Assembly: GCA_965153355.1 (NCBI GenBank) | Contig: OZ231126.1 | Coordinates: forward strand, 14,880,001-14,944,000 | From: Flaccisagitta enflata | Taxonomy: Eukaryota | Length of the DNA stretch: 64,000 nucleotides | Reading direction: 5' to 3' | The notes under the pieces: generated by a model | The model's input: only the letters and a program-made list of their open reading frames with translations | The model's database searches: none | Told to the model about the DNA's origin: nothing | Shown: positions 1 through 14,121 of the stretch, piece by piece | How positions within the stretch are numbered: the first letter of the stretch is position 1 | Layout of the letters: every line of letters begins with the position of its first letter | Position numbers and translations under genes: made by a program

Positions 1-3000
1 TAGACCGTTTCAGAATTTGAAGGGTTTTCATTTGTCACCTATTTCTGATTTTTAGAGCTATATAAACATATAGTTATAAAATCAAGAAAATGGCGAATGG
101 TTTAAGACTTAAGAAGGAATCGAAGAAGCTCAAGAAATCGTTACCCGAAAAGAGCGGCCGCGTCAGATTTTCACTTCAATATTGATTACCTTGTGATCAA
201 CTGGTATCCAGTCAATAAACACGCTCATTTTCGTGGAAAGATTTGTGAAGATAGTAATAGCAGTGGATGAGAGACACAAATGCCTAACATGCTGCAATGT
301 GATCATATTGACGTTATGTTTATCTTATAGATATATGATATATGACAAACGGCGGACGCGACAAGCGTCAGTATGCGCTTTGAAATTAAATTCATCCCAA
401 TGCAGTCTGATTCGGCATTCGCGGCAGTTAAATATCTATCACTCGTTCTGCTCTTTAAACACTTGAATGCTCCGTTGAGACCTACGTTGTATATCACCAT
501 TGCACGCCGCACAGGAATGTCCGACTAAACCGCCCTGAGGACTTGCTAAAAAGTTTGAGAACGCCAAATAAAATATGATTTCACAGTGAACAAAAACTTA
601 AATGGCAGCCCCAGATTTGCTATGGTTCTTTTTTCTGCCTAGAGGCCCATTACAGAGTTTGTCTTTCGTTCAAACCTCATTGTGAGGCCTTATTTGGCAC
701 ATTGATGCAAAACCAGAGTATATCACTTTGAAGAATTTTCAAATTGTGAATCAAACCAAGGTACTACAAAGCTTGAAAATGTGCTAAGATTTTCCATTCT
801 GTCCATGGAACATTATAACTGGCGGATCCTGAGACCAAGCCATAGCTGGCATCCCCAATGATTCCTGAGTCCCACCCTGTTAGAGCCTACGCTTCAGTTT
901 TCTTAGCTGATTTTGCTGTGAGTGAGTCTTTCATTATAACCTGTGTTACTTTGATTTTTCTCAGATTGTCCATGATGGCACAAACATTCAGATATAAACA
1001 ATAAGACAGCACTACAAATAGATAAAAATGCAGGGGTGTATAATGTTGAGGGGCATTTGATTTTATTTCCGCATTTGCTTCATGACGCAGCCGTATCGCT
1101 GTAAGAAGTAGTTTCTGATTGCTCGTGTTATAAAACAGTATATTATGGTTTTAATATACACCTCAGTAATACATTTTAGTTTTACTGCCAAAGTGTAAAA
1201 TTCAAATTTTTCCTTTTTCTTTGATTTTCTTCTCATAAAATTATTTGATTTTATTTTCTCCCACCGGGTGTGAGATCACATATGACAGACGTTTGAAAAT
1301 GTGAATGAAAAACCACTATGTCTTCTGTCATTTAGAAATGTTATTATGCTTAGAATTCCTAGAATTCCATGATTTTACTATCAGTGTTAACAGATCTTTT
1401 CTCAGATTATTCTTTTTCATTGATTCATTTTTTTGCTAGAAAGATTTTTTCTCGACATATTGAGAACCGAACTTCTAAAGAAACCTATGCAAATCTCTTA
1501 GAAACCTAGAAACGCAGCTATTCCAGGCTGCCTCTCTTCACTTTTTCCACAACGCAGATACACTGCTGGCACAGATGTCTTCCTTTGTCTGCACCCCACC
1601 CAAAATTGAAAATACAGTGTTATGTAAATGAAGAAAATACTTCCACAAGTTGGCCAGAACCTGTAATCCTGGCTTCTAACCCAGACTCCTACGTCTCTGG
1701 GACCGTAGAGCCAGCTGTTGTGAGCCACCCTACACGTTTTCTCAGTTTGGTATTATACAGATTACCGTGCAGCTTGACATAGAATTGTCCACAAAACATT
1801 TTTATTGAAAATTAAAATCAATAATTTAGACACACTTTTCTTTTGAGCAAAATAGTTTTTTGACAGCATATTTAAATTCCTGATGAGCCGCACTATAGCA
1901 CTCATAAAGATACATTTTAGAAGGCCATCATGATTTAACACAGCTAAAATGAAAAAACTTTATTTTTATGAAAATATAGTGCAACCTATCAAATGAAAGG
2001 AAATATCATCAGGAATTCAAATATGCTGTCAAAAATACTTTATTTGCTCAATGAATTTTGTAATGAGATGTAAATTATCAGACGGATTTTTCTGTGTATT
2101 TCCAAGAAAAAAGTTCTTTTTTAACAGTTAGATCTGATTCCTATTTCAGACTGTAACAAAACTGAAGAGAAAAAATCGTCCTGGCGGTCTTCGTATCCAG
2201 CAATCAGGCTGTTTGCTGTATTATCAATCTATCATTTCAATTTCAACCACAAATACTGAAGACTTTTCCATCATCGGGCGCTCCCGTTGGTGCAAAAAGT
2301 GATATTTCATCATTGCCACACCATTTTCAAGAATTTTGATCAGCCAGAATTGCCATTCATGGTTTATTGCTTGTGTCAAATTATATACATGTTAAAATGC
2401 ATTATTATATACACTTCATATACGCTTATCTTGCTATTTATTTAGTTTTTTAAAGTAGTTTTAAAATAGTTTAGTACACACTGTTTTCTAGATTGAGAAA
2501 GCAAAATGGTAGAAAGATATTTATCACTCACTTCGGATTTAACGTCCAAAATACTTAACTTCTTCGGGCGACGTTAACGAGTTCCACGACCCAACATCAG
2601 AACATAAACGACTTAGCTACTTAACAGCGCCCGTGACGGGTAGTTGCGGCATTTCTGAACTGATATTGACGGAGTGAGGACAAAGCCTCTTATAGAGTCG
2701 CTAGTCCGCGACTAAAAAGCATATTCGCAGCTTATGTGTAGGGAAGCGTGCAAGCTCTATTAATTCCCCATTAGTCATTACATTATCGTCGAGCTTACTC
2801 TGTTCATTCGTGCTATTTTGCTGATTTTTAGTCGCGTGCACGCTATGTCTGTTGGTCGGTCGGTTGGTCCATCTGTTCGTCCATAAGATTGCTTTTTTTG
2901 CGTTTAAAGGCGGTTTTTACACTTCTACTCCTGCTGTGTTATCCACTTTTATCACTGCCCTTACCCATCCGCACGTAACTCTAGTAGCCGTGTATTCGGC

Positions 3001-6000
3001 CTTGTTTGTAAAAACAGCCTCTGTTCACGGTACGGGGGAGGCTTTCATAGGTCAAGAAAAATACTCGGTCATAATGGCGAATGGATTGGGGCTTAGGAAG
3101 GTTTACTTAATCACCTCATACCAAATCAAAAGTTTTTCTCCTTCAAAATTTTTAAATAATGCTGTAAAATGCCGTAAAAATCCGTAAAAATAGCATTTTT
3201 GACAAATATCTATATAAAAAAGGCCACTATTGTCTTGAAATGGTCAAACAATGATGATCTGGCACTTAAACACATTGATACACACATGTAAGTTAGCTCG
3301 TAAATATTTGATATCATTCTGTGCTTTAAAATGCTGCTTTTACGGCAAAAACTGATACTGAATGTTGACAAGTTAACTTGTATTCATGCATTGATGTGTC
3401 TTTGTGCCAGATTATCATTACTGGACCATTTTAAGACAGCAGTGATAGTTTTTTATGTAGATCTTTGTCAAAAATAGCGTTTTTATGGCTTTTTAAGGCA
3501 TTTTACGGCATTATTTAAAAATTTTGAAGGAGAAAAATTTTTGTTTTGGTATGACATGATAACATAAACCTTCCTGAGCCCCAATCCATTTGCCGTTAAG
3601 ACCAAGTATTTTTCTTGACCTATGAAAGCCTCCCCCCTAGCGTGTGTTGCGCAGGTTGAAACTTTGACTTAAAAGCTTCCAAACCTCTTTTCTGAAACAG
3701 TGAGGCAACTGCAGTTGTACACAATATGCCAACGTTTGGACAATTGCAAATAGATGTGAGGAAGTCTCAATTCTTTTATAGCGTTAAGCGAATTTTCTTT
3801 TTTGCGTAGGGAAAGTTGAGACAAGGCCACCACTGCTTTGGTCTCAGTGCTGCCCCTACCATCACCACTTCATGCCATTATCCCTATGGCCCCAACCGGC
3901 GTAACCGCCATCTCCACTGCCTCAGCGAACACAATCATCCCATCAGCACCGCCACCAATGGATCACCATGCACCATCACCAACATCATGCATCACCGTGA
4001 AGACAATTAGATTGACAGGGATATCAATGATGACGATGACAGTGATGTCTACAACATCAACACAACTAACCATGCGTGAAAGTGGCTGAAGTGACAACAA
4101 TTGAACAACTTTTTTGATTTTTTAGGGTTATCGAAAGAAGTCAGCTTCTAGTATTCAAGATTGGGTCAGGGTCAGATAAAACTAGAAAAATCGAAACGGC
4201 GGCCTTCCCTTAGGAAACAAGCCCGACCGGGCAACGATGCGTCCGGGCTGTGTCTCAGCGTGTATTGATCATGGCGTAGAGCAGACGATGGATCAAGACT
4301 CAAAACATGCCATTGACGCCTTCAGTGTAGATTCGCTTCACGAGGAAACGGAGCACGTGATCGACGACGATCGATGATGACGACGGATATAGAAGCATCC
4401 ACGACGCAGCCGAACGAACAAACAGCATTAGCCGATCCACACCACCGCTCCGGCTATCTTTTCGATCGGCGTAGGCTACAACTCCAGCTGTATCATCAGA
4501 GATCGAATCGTGCCAACAAATATAATGCCATGAAATGCCAGCGTAAGCGAGAGATAACCATGACAGTTGACACCATTGCAGGGTTTCGTATTAATATGCT
4601 TTGTCTTACCAGCGCCCGCATTTTTGATTATGCATGAACAGCGCCTGTTCCAGTGTCCGGGTCTGATTGAATGCACGTCGAAGCAGATAATATTACCCAA
4701 AATAACCGATGAGCAGAGACATGCGCCAACGCATTTTGCCTGTTTTTCAGTCACGAATTGCTGCCGGCGTTTGCACGTACCATCACCAGGTACTGAGTCG
4801 AAATATTTATGCGTTTCATCCCCGCCCGACATTTTGTCGATTATTGAAAATTAACGAAGCGAAAATGTTCTTTCGAAAGATGGATTACTCATATCTGGCA
4901 GCGGTGATGACCGAAGTAAATCAAACCCTTTAGTACTCGCCGTTCACTTTCGAGCGGCCACGGATTGCGCTACTTCTGTAGTTAAGAAAAATTTCATCCA
5001 AAGTTATATGGCTCAAACTGGCATGGCATTTGAACATACATACTGGTCTGTTTTTAAGGCAATTTGTATGAAGAAAGCAGCCTAAATGACACAGAAATAT
5101 GCTAAATCTAAGAAAAATCAATGAATTTTATTGATTATCTGTTGTACAACAAAGCCATGATATCTTCAATAGGTCAGATTAGATAACTCATAGTCAGCCT
5201 GAAAATTTAAACACATTTTTATATTTTAGCACTAAAACAGTCTACCATTACTACATATTTATTCCATTTTAATGCTTTTTATTAACCTATAAATATAAAA
5301 TGCACAAGGACGTACTATAAATTTTAGAATGCTATATTAAGGGTTTTTCTGAAGTCCAAATTGTGATTTTTGGCTGAAAATGGACAGAATAATGTAGATA
5401 GCAAAATCTATATTTGATTAGAAGAAAATGAGCTAAGATGAGCTTAGCATGATCACTTTATTATGATTACATTGAACAAAAGACAAAATTTGTCTGATTT
5501 GTCGCACAGATTAATTTAACAGCCACTGTAAGATATTAAAGGTATTTTTCACTTCACTCAAATTTTCTTCTATCTGGCCATAAGCTCATCCAATAGAAAT
5601 GACAATATTGGATATAAATACTCATAACATCTGAAATATGTAGAAAATGTTTTTTCACTCTGTATATTTCATAATGAGCCAATTTGCTAATAGTTTACAG
5701 CGATGGTCTGTCACATTTTAAAATACTAGGCTGCCCGTGTTCCTGGGCAGCAAGACTGGTTCTCTACACACAGCCTGCTTCCAGACTCAGGTAGCCGTGT
5801 AACCGGCCAGGCTCTGTTATGACAAGCAACTATGAGAGGCTAGGGTCTGTTCATCAGCTGGTAGGTCCGTCCTTACACTAGTTTGATTGGAATAGTCGCA
5901 AAGCTGTTAGGTGGCCACAGGTACCCGTGTCCTTGCTCTCACCTCAACTACAATCATAACCTACCTAAGCAGGGCACGGGTACCGCTGACCACCTAACGC

Positions 6001-7874
6001 TTTTGCGACTATTCCAATCTTAAACTAGTGCTTAAGGACGGACGGACCTACCAACTGATAGACAGACCTAGCCTCTCATAGTTGCTTGTCCGCAACAAAC
6101 CTGGCCGGTTACACGGCTACCTGAGTCGCGGACTGGTGGGCAGGGGCAGTGATGTAGGGGGCCAGTCAAGCACTTTAGCAGGAGCAGCGAGGCGAAAAAC
6201 ATGCTAAATTGACAAATGTGACGGACCATCGCGCTGTGGGCTGCATTGTGCGCTAGGTGGCTCATTATGAAATATACAGAGTGGAAAACATTTTTCTGCA
6301 TATTTTCAGATGTTATGAAACTATTTATATCCAATATTGACTCATTTCTATTGGATGAGAAGCTTTATGAGCTTAGATTACAGAAGAAGAGAAATTTGAG
6401 AAAATGAAGTGAAAAATACTGCTAAACTCTCTTACAGTTAGTATTTAAATTGTCTAATGCTTTGACCAAATCAATTAAATTTTTGTCTTTGTTCAATAAT
6501 AATCCTTAATAAGGTGATCAAAAGAAAATATTGCTTTCGCTCATCTAGCTCATTTTTCTTCTAATCAAATATAGATTTTTACTTTTATCTACATTATTAC
6601 TTGTCCATTTTCAGCCAAGAAAATCGCAATTTGGACTTGGAAGGCCCGCTTGAGCCATAGCATTCTGGATTCAGGACCCCTTGAATTACATTTTGGCATA
6701 AGTGGCTCATTGTGCGTCCTTGTGCGATTTTTTATATTTATAGGTTAATAAAAGCATGCAAACTAGGTCAAATATGTAGTAATAGTAGACTGATTTTTTA
6801 GTGCTAAAAATATAAAAAATAATGATTTTTAAAATTTTTCCAGACATTTAAACGTTAATGAAGTTATCTAATCCAATATTGAAGATATCATGAGCTTTTT
6901 GTTATTTTAACAGATAATCCAATAAAATTCATTGATTTTTCTTAAAATTTAGCATATTTCGTAGTAATGTCCATTTAGGTCGCCTTTCTTCACTCTAAAT
7001 TGCCTTAAAACCTGTCATAAGGTATGGACCGGTAATGTATGTTCAAATGCTACCATGACCATTCTACTTAGTTTGAGCCATATAGCAGAGATGAAAATTT
7101 TCACCTAAATACCCAAGGAGCTATCTAGCGCAATCTGTGGCCCTTAGTGCATCGCACCGAGGAACGGACTTGAAACGGGCTACTAAAAAAAAGTTGATTT
7201 ACTTCGAGTTATCCTCACTGCGGATGTAGTCAAATGCATCTTTTCCCGAGGAATATTTTCCGCTTCGTTTAATTTTCCAATATCCATTTAAGACAAAATC
7301 TCTTGTCGAGGCCGAGGATAGACGCAATGCCAAATAATTTCGACTCGACGATTTTTGGGTGATGGTTACGTTGCAAGCGCCGGCGGGTATAGTCGTGACT
7401 GAAAAAAACGGAAATAAGAAGGTACTCATCAGTTCAGTTTTGCGTTGTATGTCTCTACTCATCAGTTCAGTCTTGCGTTGTATGTCTCTACTCATCAGTT
7501 CAGTTTTGCGTTGTATGTCTCTACTTCATTTACTGTGTGATGCATTCAATCTAGACCCAGTTTTCAAACAGGCGCACTGTTCATGCATAACTCAAAGTAC
7601 AGTGGGCGCTAAACCAAGACTAAATCTTTTAAGAGCATAATAATTAATACGGAAGCAATCAACCTACGGGCAGGCTTACCTCTGTGGTATCCAACTGTCA
7701 TGGTTTTACGCGCTAATGTCTCCGCCACCACTTGGCATTTCGTAGCATTATATTTGCATGTTGAGCACGATTCGATCTCTCTGATTGATTACAGCAGGTT
7801 TGAAAATATTTTCTATAGATCAGAAAAAGATAGCCAGACAGTGAGTGTGGATCGACATCACTGTTTTGTTCGTT

Positions 7875-8155
7875 TTTAGATGCGTCCGTCAGGAACGGAT
7901 CTCTATAAGAGGGTCTGTCCGTCCGTCCGTCCGTCCGTCCGTCGGTCCGGTCCGTCTGTCACGCCTGTGCAAAACCGCGTTTCATGGCTGTTTTTGGCCA
8001 CGGTGAGATCCTACACTGAAACAAATGATCAACCAGCATGTTTTGAGAGTTTCTTCACCAGTCTGTTCGTCCATCTGTCTCTCCATACATATGTCATATG
8101 ATCAATACACGCTGAGACACAGCCCGGACGCATCGTTGCCCGGTCGGGCTTGTTT
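7875..8155 (+). mobile_element. Helentron-associated/DINE-1-like element, agatgcgtc subfamily
   Basis: tttt-agatgcgtcc start, ctctataagagg, (GTCC)n tract, 3' ggacgcatc followed by gcccg/cgggc stem-loop and ttgttt. Confidence 0.6.
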
Positions 8156-8732
8156 CCTAAGGGAAGGCCGCCGTTTCGATTTTTCTAGTTTTATCTGACC
8201 CTGACCCAATCTTGAATACTAGAAGCTGACTTCTTTCGATAACCCTAAAAAATCAAAAAAGTTGTTCAATTGTTGTCACTTCAGCCACTTTCACGCATGG
8301 TTAGTTGTGTTGATGTTGTAGACATCACTGTCATCGTCATCATTGATATCCCTGTCAATCTAATTGTCTTCACGGTGATGCATGATCTTGGTGATGGTGC
8401 ATGGTGATCCATTGGTGGCGGTGCTGATGGGATGATTGTGTTCGCTGAGGCAGTGGAGATGGCGGTTACGCCGGTTGGGGCCATAGGGATAATGGCATGA
8501 AGTGGTGATGGTAGGGGCAGCACTGAGACCAAAGCAGTGGTGGCCTTGTCTCAACTTTCCCTACGCAAAAAAGAAAATTCGCTTAACGCTATAAAAGAAT
8601 TGAGACTTCCTCACATCTATTTGCAATTGTCCAAACGTTGGCATATTGTGTACAACTGCAGTTGCCTCACTGTTTCAGAAAAGAGGTTTGGAAGCTTTTA
8701 AGTCAAAGTTTCAACCTGCGCAACACACGCTA

Positions 8733-9345
8733 GGGGGGAGGCTTTCATAGGTCAAGAAAAATACTTGGTCATAACGGCAAATGGATTGGGGCTCAGGAAG
8801 GTTTATGTTATCATCTCATACCAAAACGAAAAATTTTCTCCTTCAAAATTTTTAAATAATGCCGTAAAATGCCGTAAAAATGCTATTTTTGACAAAGATC
8901 TACATAAAAAACTATCACTGCTGTCTTAAAATGGTCCAGTAATGATGATCTGGCACAAAGACACATCAATGCATGAATACAAGTTAACTTGTCAACATTC
9001 AGTATCAGTTTTTGCCGTAAAAGCAGCATTTTAAAGCACAGAATGATATCAAATATTTACGAGCTAACTTACATGTGTGTATCAATGTGTTTAAGTGCCA
9101 GATCATCATTGTTTGACCATTTCAAGACAATAGTGGCCTTTTTTATATAGATATTTGTCAAAAATGCTATTTTTACGGATTTTTACGGCTTACGGATTTT
9201 TACGGCATTTTACAGCATTATTTAAAAAATTTTGAAGGAGAAAAACTTTTGATTTGGTATGAGGTGATTAAGTAAACCTTCCTAAGCCCCAATCCATTCG
9301 CCATTATGACCGAGTATTTTTCTTGACCTATGAAAGCCTCCCCCG
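8733..9345. mobile_element. TA-flanked fold-back MITE (Tc1/mariner-like); mirrored at 3033-3637
   Basis: Long TIRs gggggaggctttcataggtcaagaaaaatact / agtatttttcttgacctatgaaagcctcccc, with TA on both sides. Confidence 0.75.
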
Positions 9346-9371
9346 TACCGTGAACAGAGGCTGTTTTTACA

Positions 9372-9553
9372 AACAAGGCCGAATACACGGCTACTAGAGT
9401 TACGTGCGGATGGGTAAGGGCAGTGATAAAAGTGGATAACACAGCAGGAGTAGAAGTGTAAAAACCGCCTTTAAACGCAAAAAAAGCAATCTTATGGACG
9501 AACAGATGGACCAACCGACCGACCAACAGACATAGCGTGCACGCGACTAAAAA
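9372..9553 (-). mobile_element. Helentron-associated/DINE-1-like element
   Basis: agtcgcgtgcacgc start, GGTC microsatellite, 3' gccgtgtattcggccttgtt. Confidence 0.65.
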
Positions 9554-9659
9554 TCAGCAAAATAGCACGAATGAACAGAGTAAGCTCGACGATAATGTAA
9601 TGACTAATGGGGAATTAATAGAGCTTGCACGCTTCCCTACACATAAGCTGCGAATATGC

Positions 9660-9805
9660 TTTTTAGTCGCGGACTGGCGACTCTATAAGAGGCTTTGTCC
9701 GTCCGTCGGTCCGTTTGCAATGACCGAGGTTCGCCAGCGCGAAAGCGCATTTCCGCCCCTGCCCACCCGTCCGCGACTGGTATTGGCCGTGTATCCGGCC
9801 TTGTT
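9660..9805 (+). mobile_element. Helentron-associated/DINE-1-like element (short)
   Basis: tttt-agtcgcg...gcgact palindrome, GTCC repeats, 3' cgcgact followed by ggccgtgtatccggcc hairpin and ttgtt. Confidence 0.7.
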
Positions 9806-9849
9806 AAGTAAGCTAAGTCATAGTTTATGTTCTGATGTTTAAGTCGATA

Positions 9850-10192
9850 CAGTGGGAACTCGATTTAACGTCCTTGAAGGGACCAGGGTATTTTTGGACG
9901 TTAAATCCGAGTGTTGTTAAATCAAACTCTACTATTTCTACCATTTTTGCTTTCTCAATCTAAGAAAACAATTATTGATACTTTAAGCCCGTTTACCTAA
10001 AAACTACTTTAAAGAAAACTAAATAAAAATGCTTGGGGATTAAGCAAATAATGTAATTAATGATATATAACAATGCAATTTTAGCTATAATATAACTGAT
10101 TATAACAAGCAATAAACCATAGATAATGGCAATTCAAAATAACAGTCAAAATTCTTGAAAAATAATTGTGGCAATGATCGATATCACACTGT
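9850..10192. mobile_element. pogo/Tigger-like MITE remnant
   Basis: ta-cagtgggaactcgatttaacg terminus, same family as the right end at 40025. The other end is a degenerate cactg-ta. Confidence 0.5.
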
Positions 10193-10309
10193 ACCTTAAT
10201 AGGCGCGTGGAAGGATTACATTGAATAAATAAAAAATCTTCAGTGATTTGTTGGTTGAAAAAAATTGAAATGATAGATTGATGGTACAGCAAACACAATT
10301 GTTTCAGTT

Positions 10310-10941
10310 CACTGTGGATCCTGAGAACCGCCAGGACGATTTTTTCTCTTCAGTTTTGTACAGTCCTTAAATGCAGGAATCAAGATCTAACTGTTAAAAA
10401 AATTTTCTTGGAGCCCTTTTAGAAAAAAATCCAAAATTGATAATTTTACATCTCATTTTGCACACAAAATTCATTGAGCAGGTAAAAATTATTTTTTGAC
10501 AGCATATTTGAATTCCTTATGTAATTTCCTTTCATTTGATAGGTTGCACTATATTTTCATAAAAGAATAAAGTTTTCATTTTTTTAGCTGCTGTTCAAAA
10601 TCAGTAATGGCGGCTAAAAAAAATGAAATCTTTATCTTTTTATGAAAATATATAGTGCGACCTCAAATGAAAGGAAATAACATCAGGAATTTAAATATGC
10701 TGTCAAAAACTATTTTTTACCTGCTTCAGAAATTTTGTGTCTAAAATTATTGATTTTGGAATTTTTTTCAAAAAAGGCTCCAAGAAATATTTTTTAATGG
10801 TTGGATCTTGATTCCTGCATATAAGTACCAAACTGCAGAGAAACTTACAGTAATCCTGCATATAAATACCAAACTGAAGAGAAACTTACAGTAATCCAAA
10901 GAAACTTACAGTAATCCAAAGTTCGTCCTGGATCCATAGTG
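10310..10941. mobile_element. fold-back MITE with CAC termini; partial second copy at 11810-12040
   Basis: cactgtggatcc ... ggatccatagtg ends with long internal inverted arms. 10697-10900 is repeated directly at 11810-12012. No TSD recognisable. Confidence 0.55.
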
Positions 10942-13900
10942 TAGAGCATTTGGGCAGTTGCAGTGAGCCAAGGACCGTTTTTTATTCATCATTGGGTTAG
11001 AAAGCTAGGATTCTAAGTTTCCTAACCAACTTTACAATGGGAACTGAGTTTTTCATTTTAATCACGCAAAGCGCTTCCCTTCAATTTTTCCACTTTTGGG
11101 TGGTTACTGAACAAAGGGAAGACATCCTGATGCCATAGAATAATAGTGTCGCCACTCTACTCTAAGTTGGTGGGAAAAGTGAAAGAAAAATTTTAACCTA
11201 GGTTTCTTACGTTTCTAGGTTTTCTAAGAAGATTTTGCATAGGTTTCTTATTCTATAAGGTTCTCCAACAATGCTTCAGAAAAAGAAAATCTTTTCTAAC
11301 AAAAAAGAATCAACCAATGAAAGGAGCAACAAATGTACAAGGAAGAAAAAATTTCTATTCTCTATGATATAGTAAATCCTTGGAAATCTAGAATTCTAAG
11401 AAACATAAGCAACATTTTCCTAGAAAACCTAGAAACCTAAGAAACGTAGGTAGGATTTTTTTATCTTGAAATTTTTCAGGCGTGTATAATGTTGAGTATT
11501 CCTCAACGTGGGGGAATAAAATCAAATGGCTGAGATGGGGAAGAAAAAAATCAAAAGCTTGGAAAAAGGAAAAGAAATTTTGAAGATTTACACTTTTTTG
11601 CAGTACTAAAGCTAAATGTAATTACTAATAACACAATTTAACACTATTAAAACCTATAACATACTGTTTTATTGCGTAGCTTTAAGGGTAAAAATCAGAA
11701 ACTTTGTAACGCGCACGCTGTCGCTGGGAAGAAAATCAAATGCGGGGGAATAAAATCAAATGCCACTCAACATTATGCCACCCCTGCATTTTTTATCTAT
11801 TTGCAGCGGATGCTGTCAAAAACTATTTTTTACCTGCTTCAGAAATTTTGTGTCTAAAATTATTGATTTTGGAATTTTTTTCAAAAAAGGCTCCAAGAAA
11901 TATTTTTTAATGGTTGGATCTTGATTCCTGCATATAAGTACCAAACTGCAGAGAAACTTACAGTAATCCTGCATATAAATACCAAACTGAAGAGAAACTT
12001 ACAGTAATCCAAAAGTTGTCCTGGCAGTTCTCAGGATCCAGAGTTATAATATTTCCATGGACGAGGATGGAAAGTCTTGTCGCGCATTTTCAAGCTTTGT
12101 GAAGTATGCCTTGAGGACTACAGTTCACAAACTCGAAAGATAGTCAAATTTCAAAAATTGATATACTCTAGTTTTTTGCATCAATGTACCAAATAAGGTT
12201 TTTCCACAAGTAGAGGTTTCTGAATTTGAAGATTAAACCATGGCGGCAAAACTATAGGCTGCCTAAGGCAAGAAAAAAAAACCATAGCAAGTCTAAGGTT
12301 TTAACGACAAGGTTTTTTGTTTGATTTCACACCCCAACTTGCGAGAAATCCTTCTTTATTTTGACATTTATGCAAACTTTTGCTATGTGAAGCCACCAAG
12401 TCACTCCCAGAACTTTGAGTTTGAGTCGGACGATTCCCTGTGCGGCGTGCAATGGTGCACATTGAACCCTGGTCTCCGGTAACAGTAAGGTCTCAACTGA
12501 GATATTCAAAATTTTTAGTGTTTAAAAAAAAACAGAAAACAATTGGCGATAAATTCAATTTAACTTAAGATGACCATTTGAGATACCGAATCAGAATTTG
12601 CATTGGGATGAATTTAATTCCAAAGACTTGCATGCCTTGACACAACCCCGTCCATCTGTCCGCTCGTTTGTCCATATGTCCGTTATATCTATAGATAAAC
12701 TATAACGTTAATATGATCCACATTTGCAGCATGTTTAGGCAAGTTCTGAACCACATTGTCTCTCAGCATCCCCCGCCTTAATTACTATCTTCACAAAAAA
12801 AATCTTTCCACTTCGAAAATGAGCGTGTTTGTTGACTAGTTAATTAAAGAATACCAGTTGATCACAAGGCAATCAATATTAAGTGTGTGCATCCCCTGAC
12901 TGAATCACGGCCGCTATTTTTTCAGGTAGCGATTTCTTGAGCTTCTTCAGGTACTCTTAAGTGATGCTGTCCCAAACTATTCACGCCATTTTCTTGATTT
13001 GCTCTTTCTCTATGTTTATACTTATAGCTCTAAAGAGACTCAACGAATCAAGGAAAAATAGGTGACATAAATAAAGCCCTTCAAATTTGCAAGCGGTCTA
13101 CGCAAACCGCATCTGTCTAGCTCAATTGGTTTAGAAGTAATTAAGAAAGTGTGAAGTGATATCATTTGAAGACTGAGTGGAATGGCAAGGGCGAAATTAA
13201 ATATTTCATTCAAAGTTAAATAACTTTTTGGAACGCGTTAAGTTAGAGAGATGCGGTTTTGTGCAGACTGCTTGCAATTCCCAGAGCTGATCACCAATTT
13301 TTTTTAGGATTGGTCCAAAATAACCAGAGATATATGTTAAAATGTGCGGAAAGATTTTATTTGTGAAGATAGTATAAGAACTTCATCAATCATCTGTCAT
13401 CAATCAAAGAGAATGCATACTAACACATCTTGATCCAAAGTGCGCGTTCTATGGCCTTTAACTGCAAGGAAAAGCAGAGTTTTTTGTTAAGGCTTTGAAC
13501 ATTTCTTTTTACAGAATTCACATGCCTGATCACATCGAGGTTAAACAAAAGAATCAATTAATGGACAGATGAAACAACGAAAAAGAATGTGATTCAACAC
13601 ACATTTCACAAAATGATATAATCACTACGGATATTTCGAACTGCACTGCGAATGCAATTAAGTAGGCTACTAAACTGCAACGATCGTGAGAGAAAGGGAG
13701 GGGAAAAAAAGATGGCGGAAAATTCTTAATCGCTCATCGGATGGAACATATGACAGAAAACAATTAAAATATGATTTGATTATGATTTGAGACTGTCATA
13801 CTTGGTCATATTGATCAACTAGTGTGTTCTTTTTGCGCTGAAAATCATTACATTTTGTAGAAAACTGATAAGCTGTTGGAATACCATCCCCTGAGCTCAT

Positions 13901-14121
13901 GCTAATGCCCATTCGCTTAACTACGCATAATCACCGTGTAGAACTCACAATTCTGAATTCAAATCTATTTTCAAAAAATATTTTCGGCGATACTGACGAT
14001 AGCTAGCAGCGTTTGCGTAGGCCTTAGTCTGAAGTAAAAAGAGGGTATATATCACCATGGAATCAAATTAGAGCAATGATCTGACGCAAACAATTTTCGC
14101 GTTGATACAGGAGCTGATTTC

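Larger units (their letters stand above)
1..13100. repeat. giant inverted repeat centred near 5950 (probable fold-back read artefact)
   Basis: Position 1 (tagaccg) mirrors 13100. 2676-4271 is near-identical to the reverse complement of 8099-9693. The loop is about 5938-5967. Confidence 0.9.

Noticed and set aside
3816-4089. ORFs duplicated in inverted orientation at 8281-8554 (and 2852-3187 / 9218-9526)
   Set aside because: Low-complexity or repeat-derived frames duplicated only because of the fold-back; no domain signal.
7424-7524. 33-bp x3 tandem repeat containing CTGATGAG on the minus strand (hammerhead- or CRISPR-like)
   Set aside because: No GAAA core at the required position and no unique spacers; a simple minisatellite.
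10310-10941. Transib/RSS-like assignment from CACTGTGG/CACTATGG termini
   Set aside because: No 5-bp TSD and no transposase; kept only as an unclassified fold-back element.
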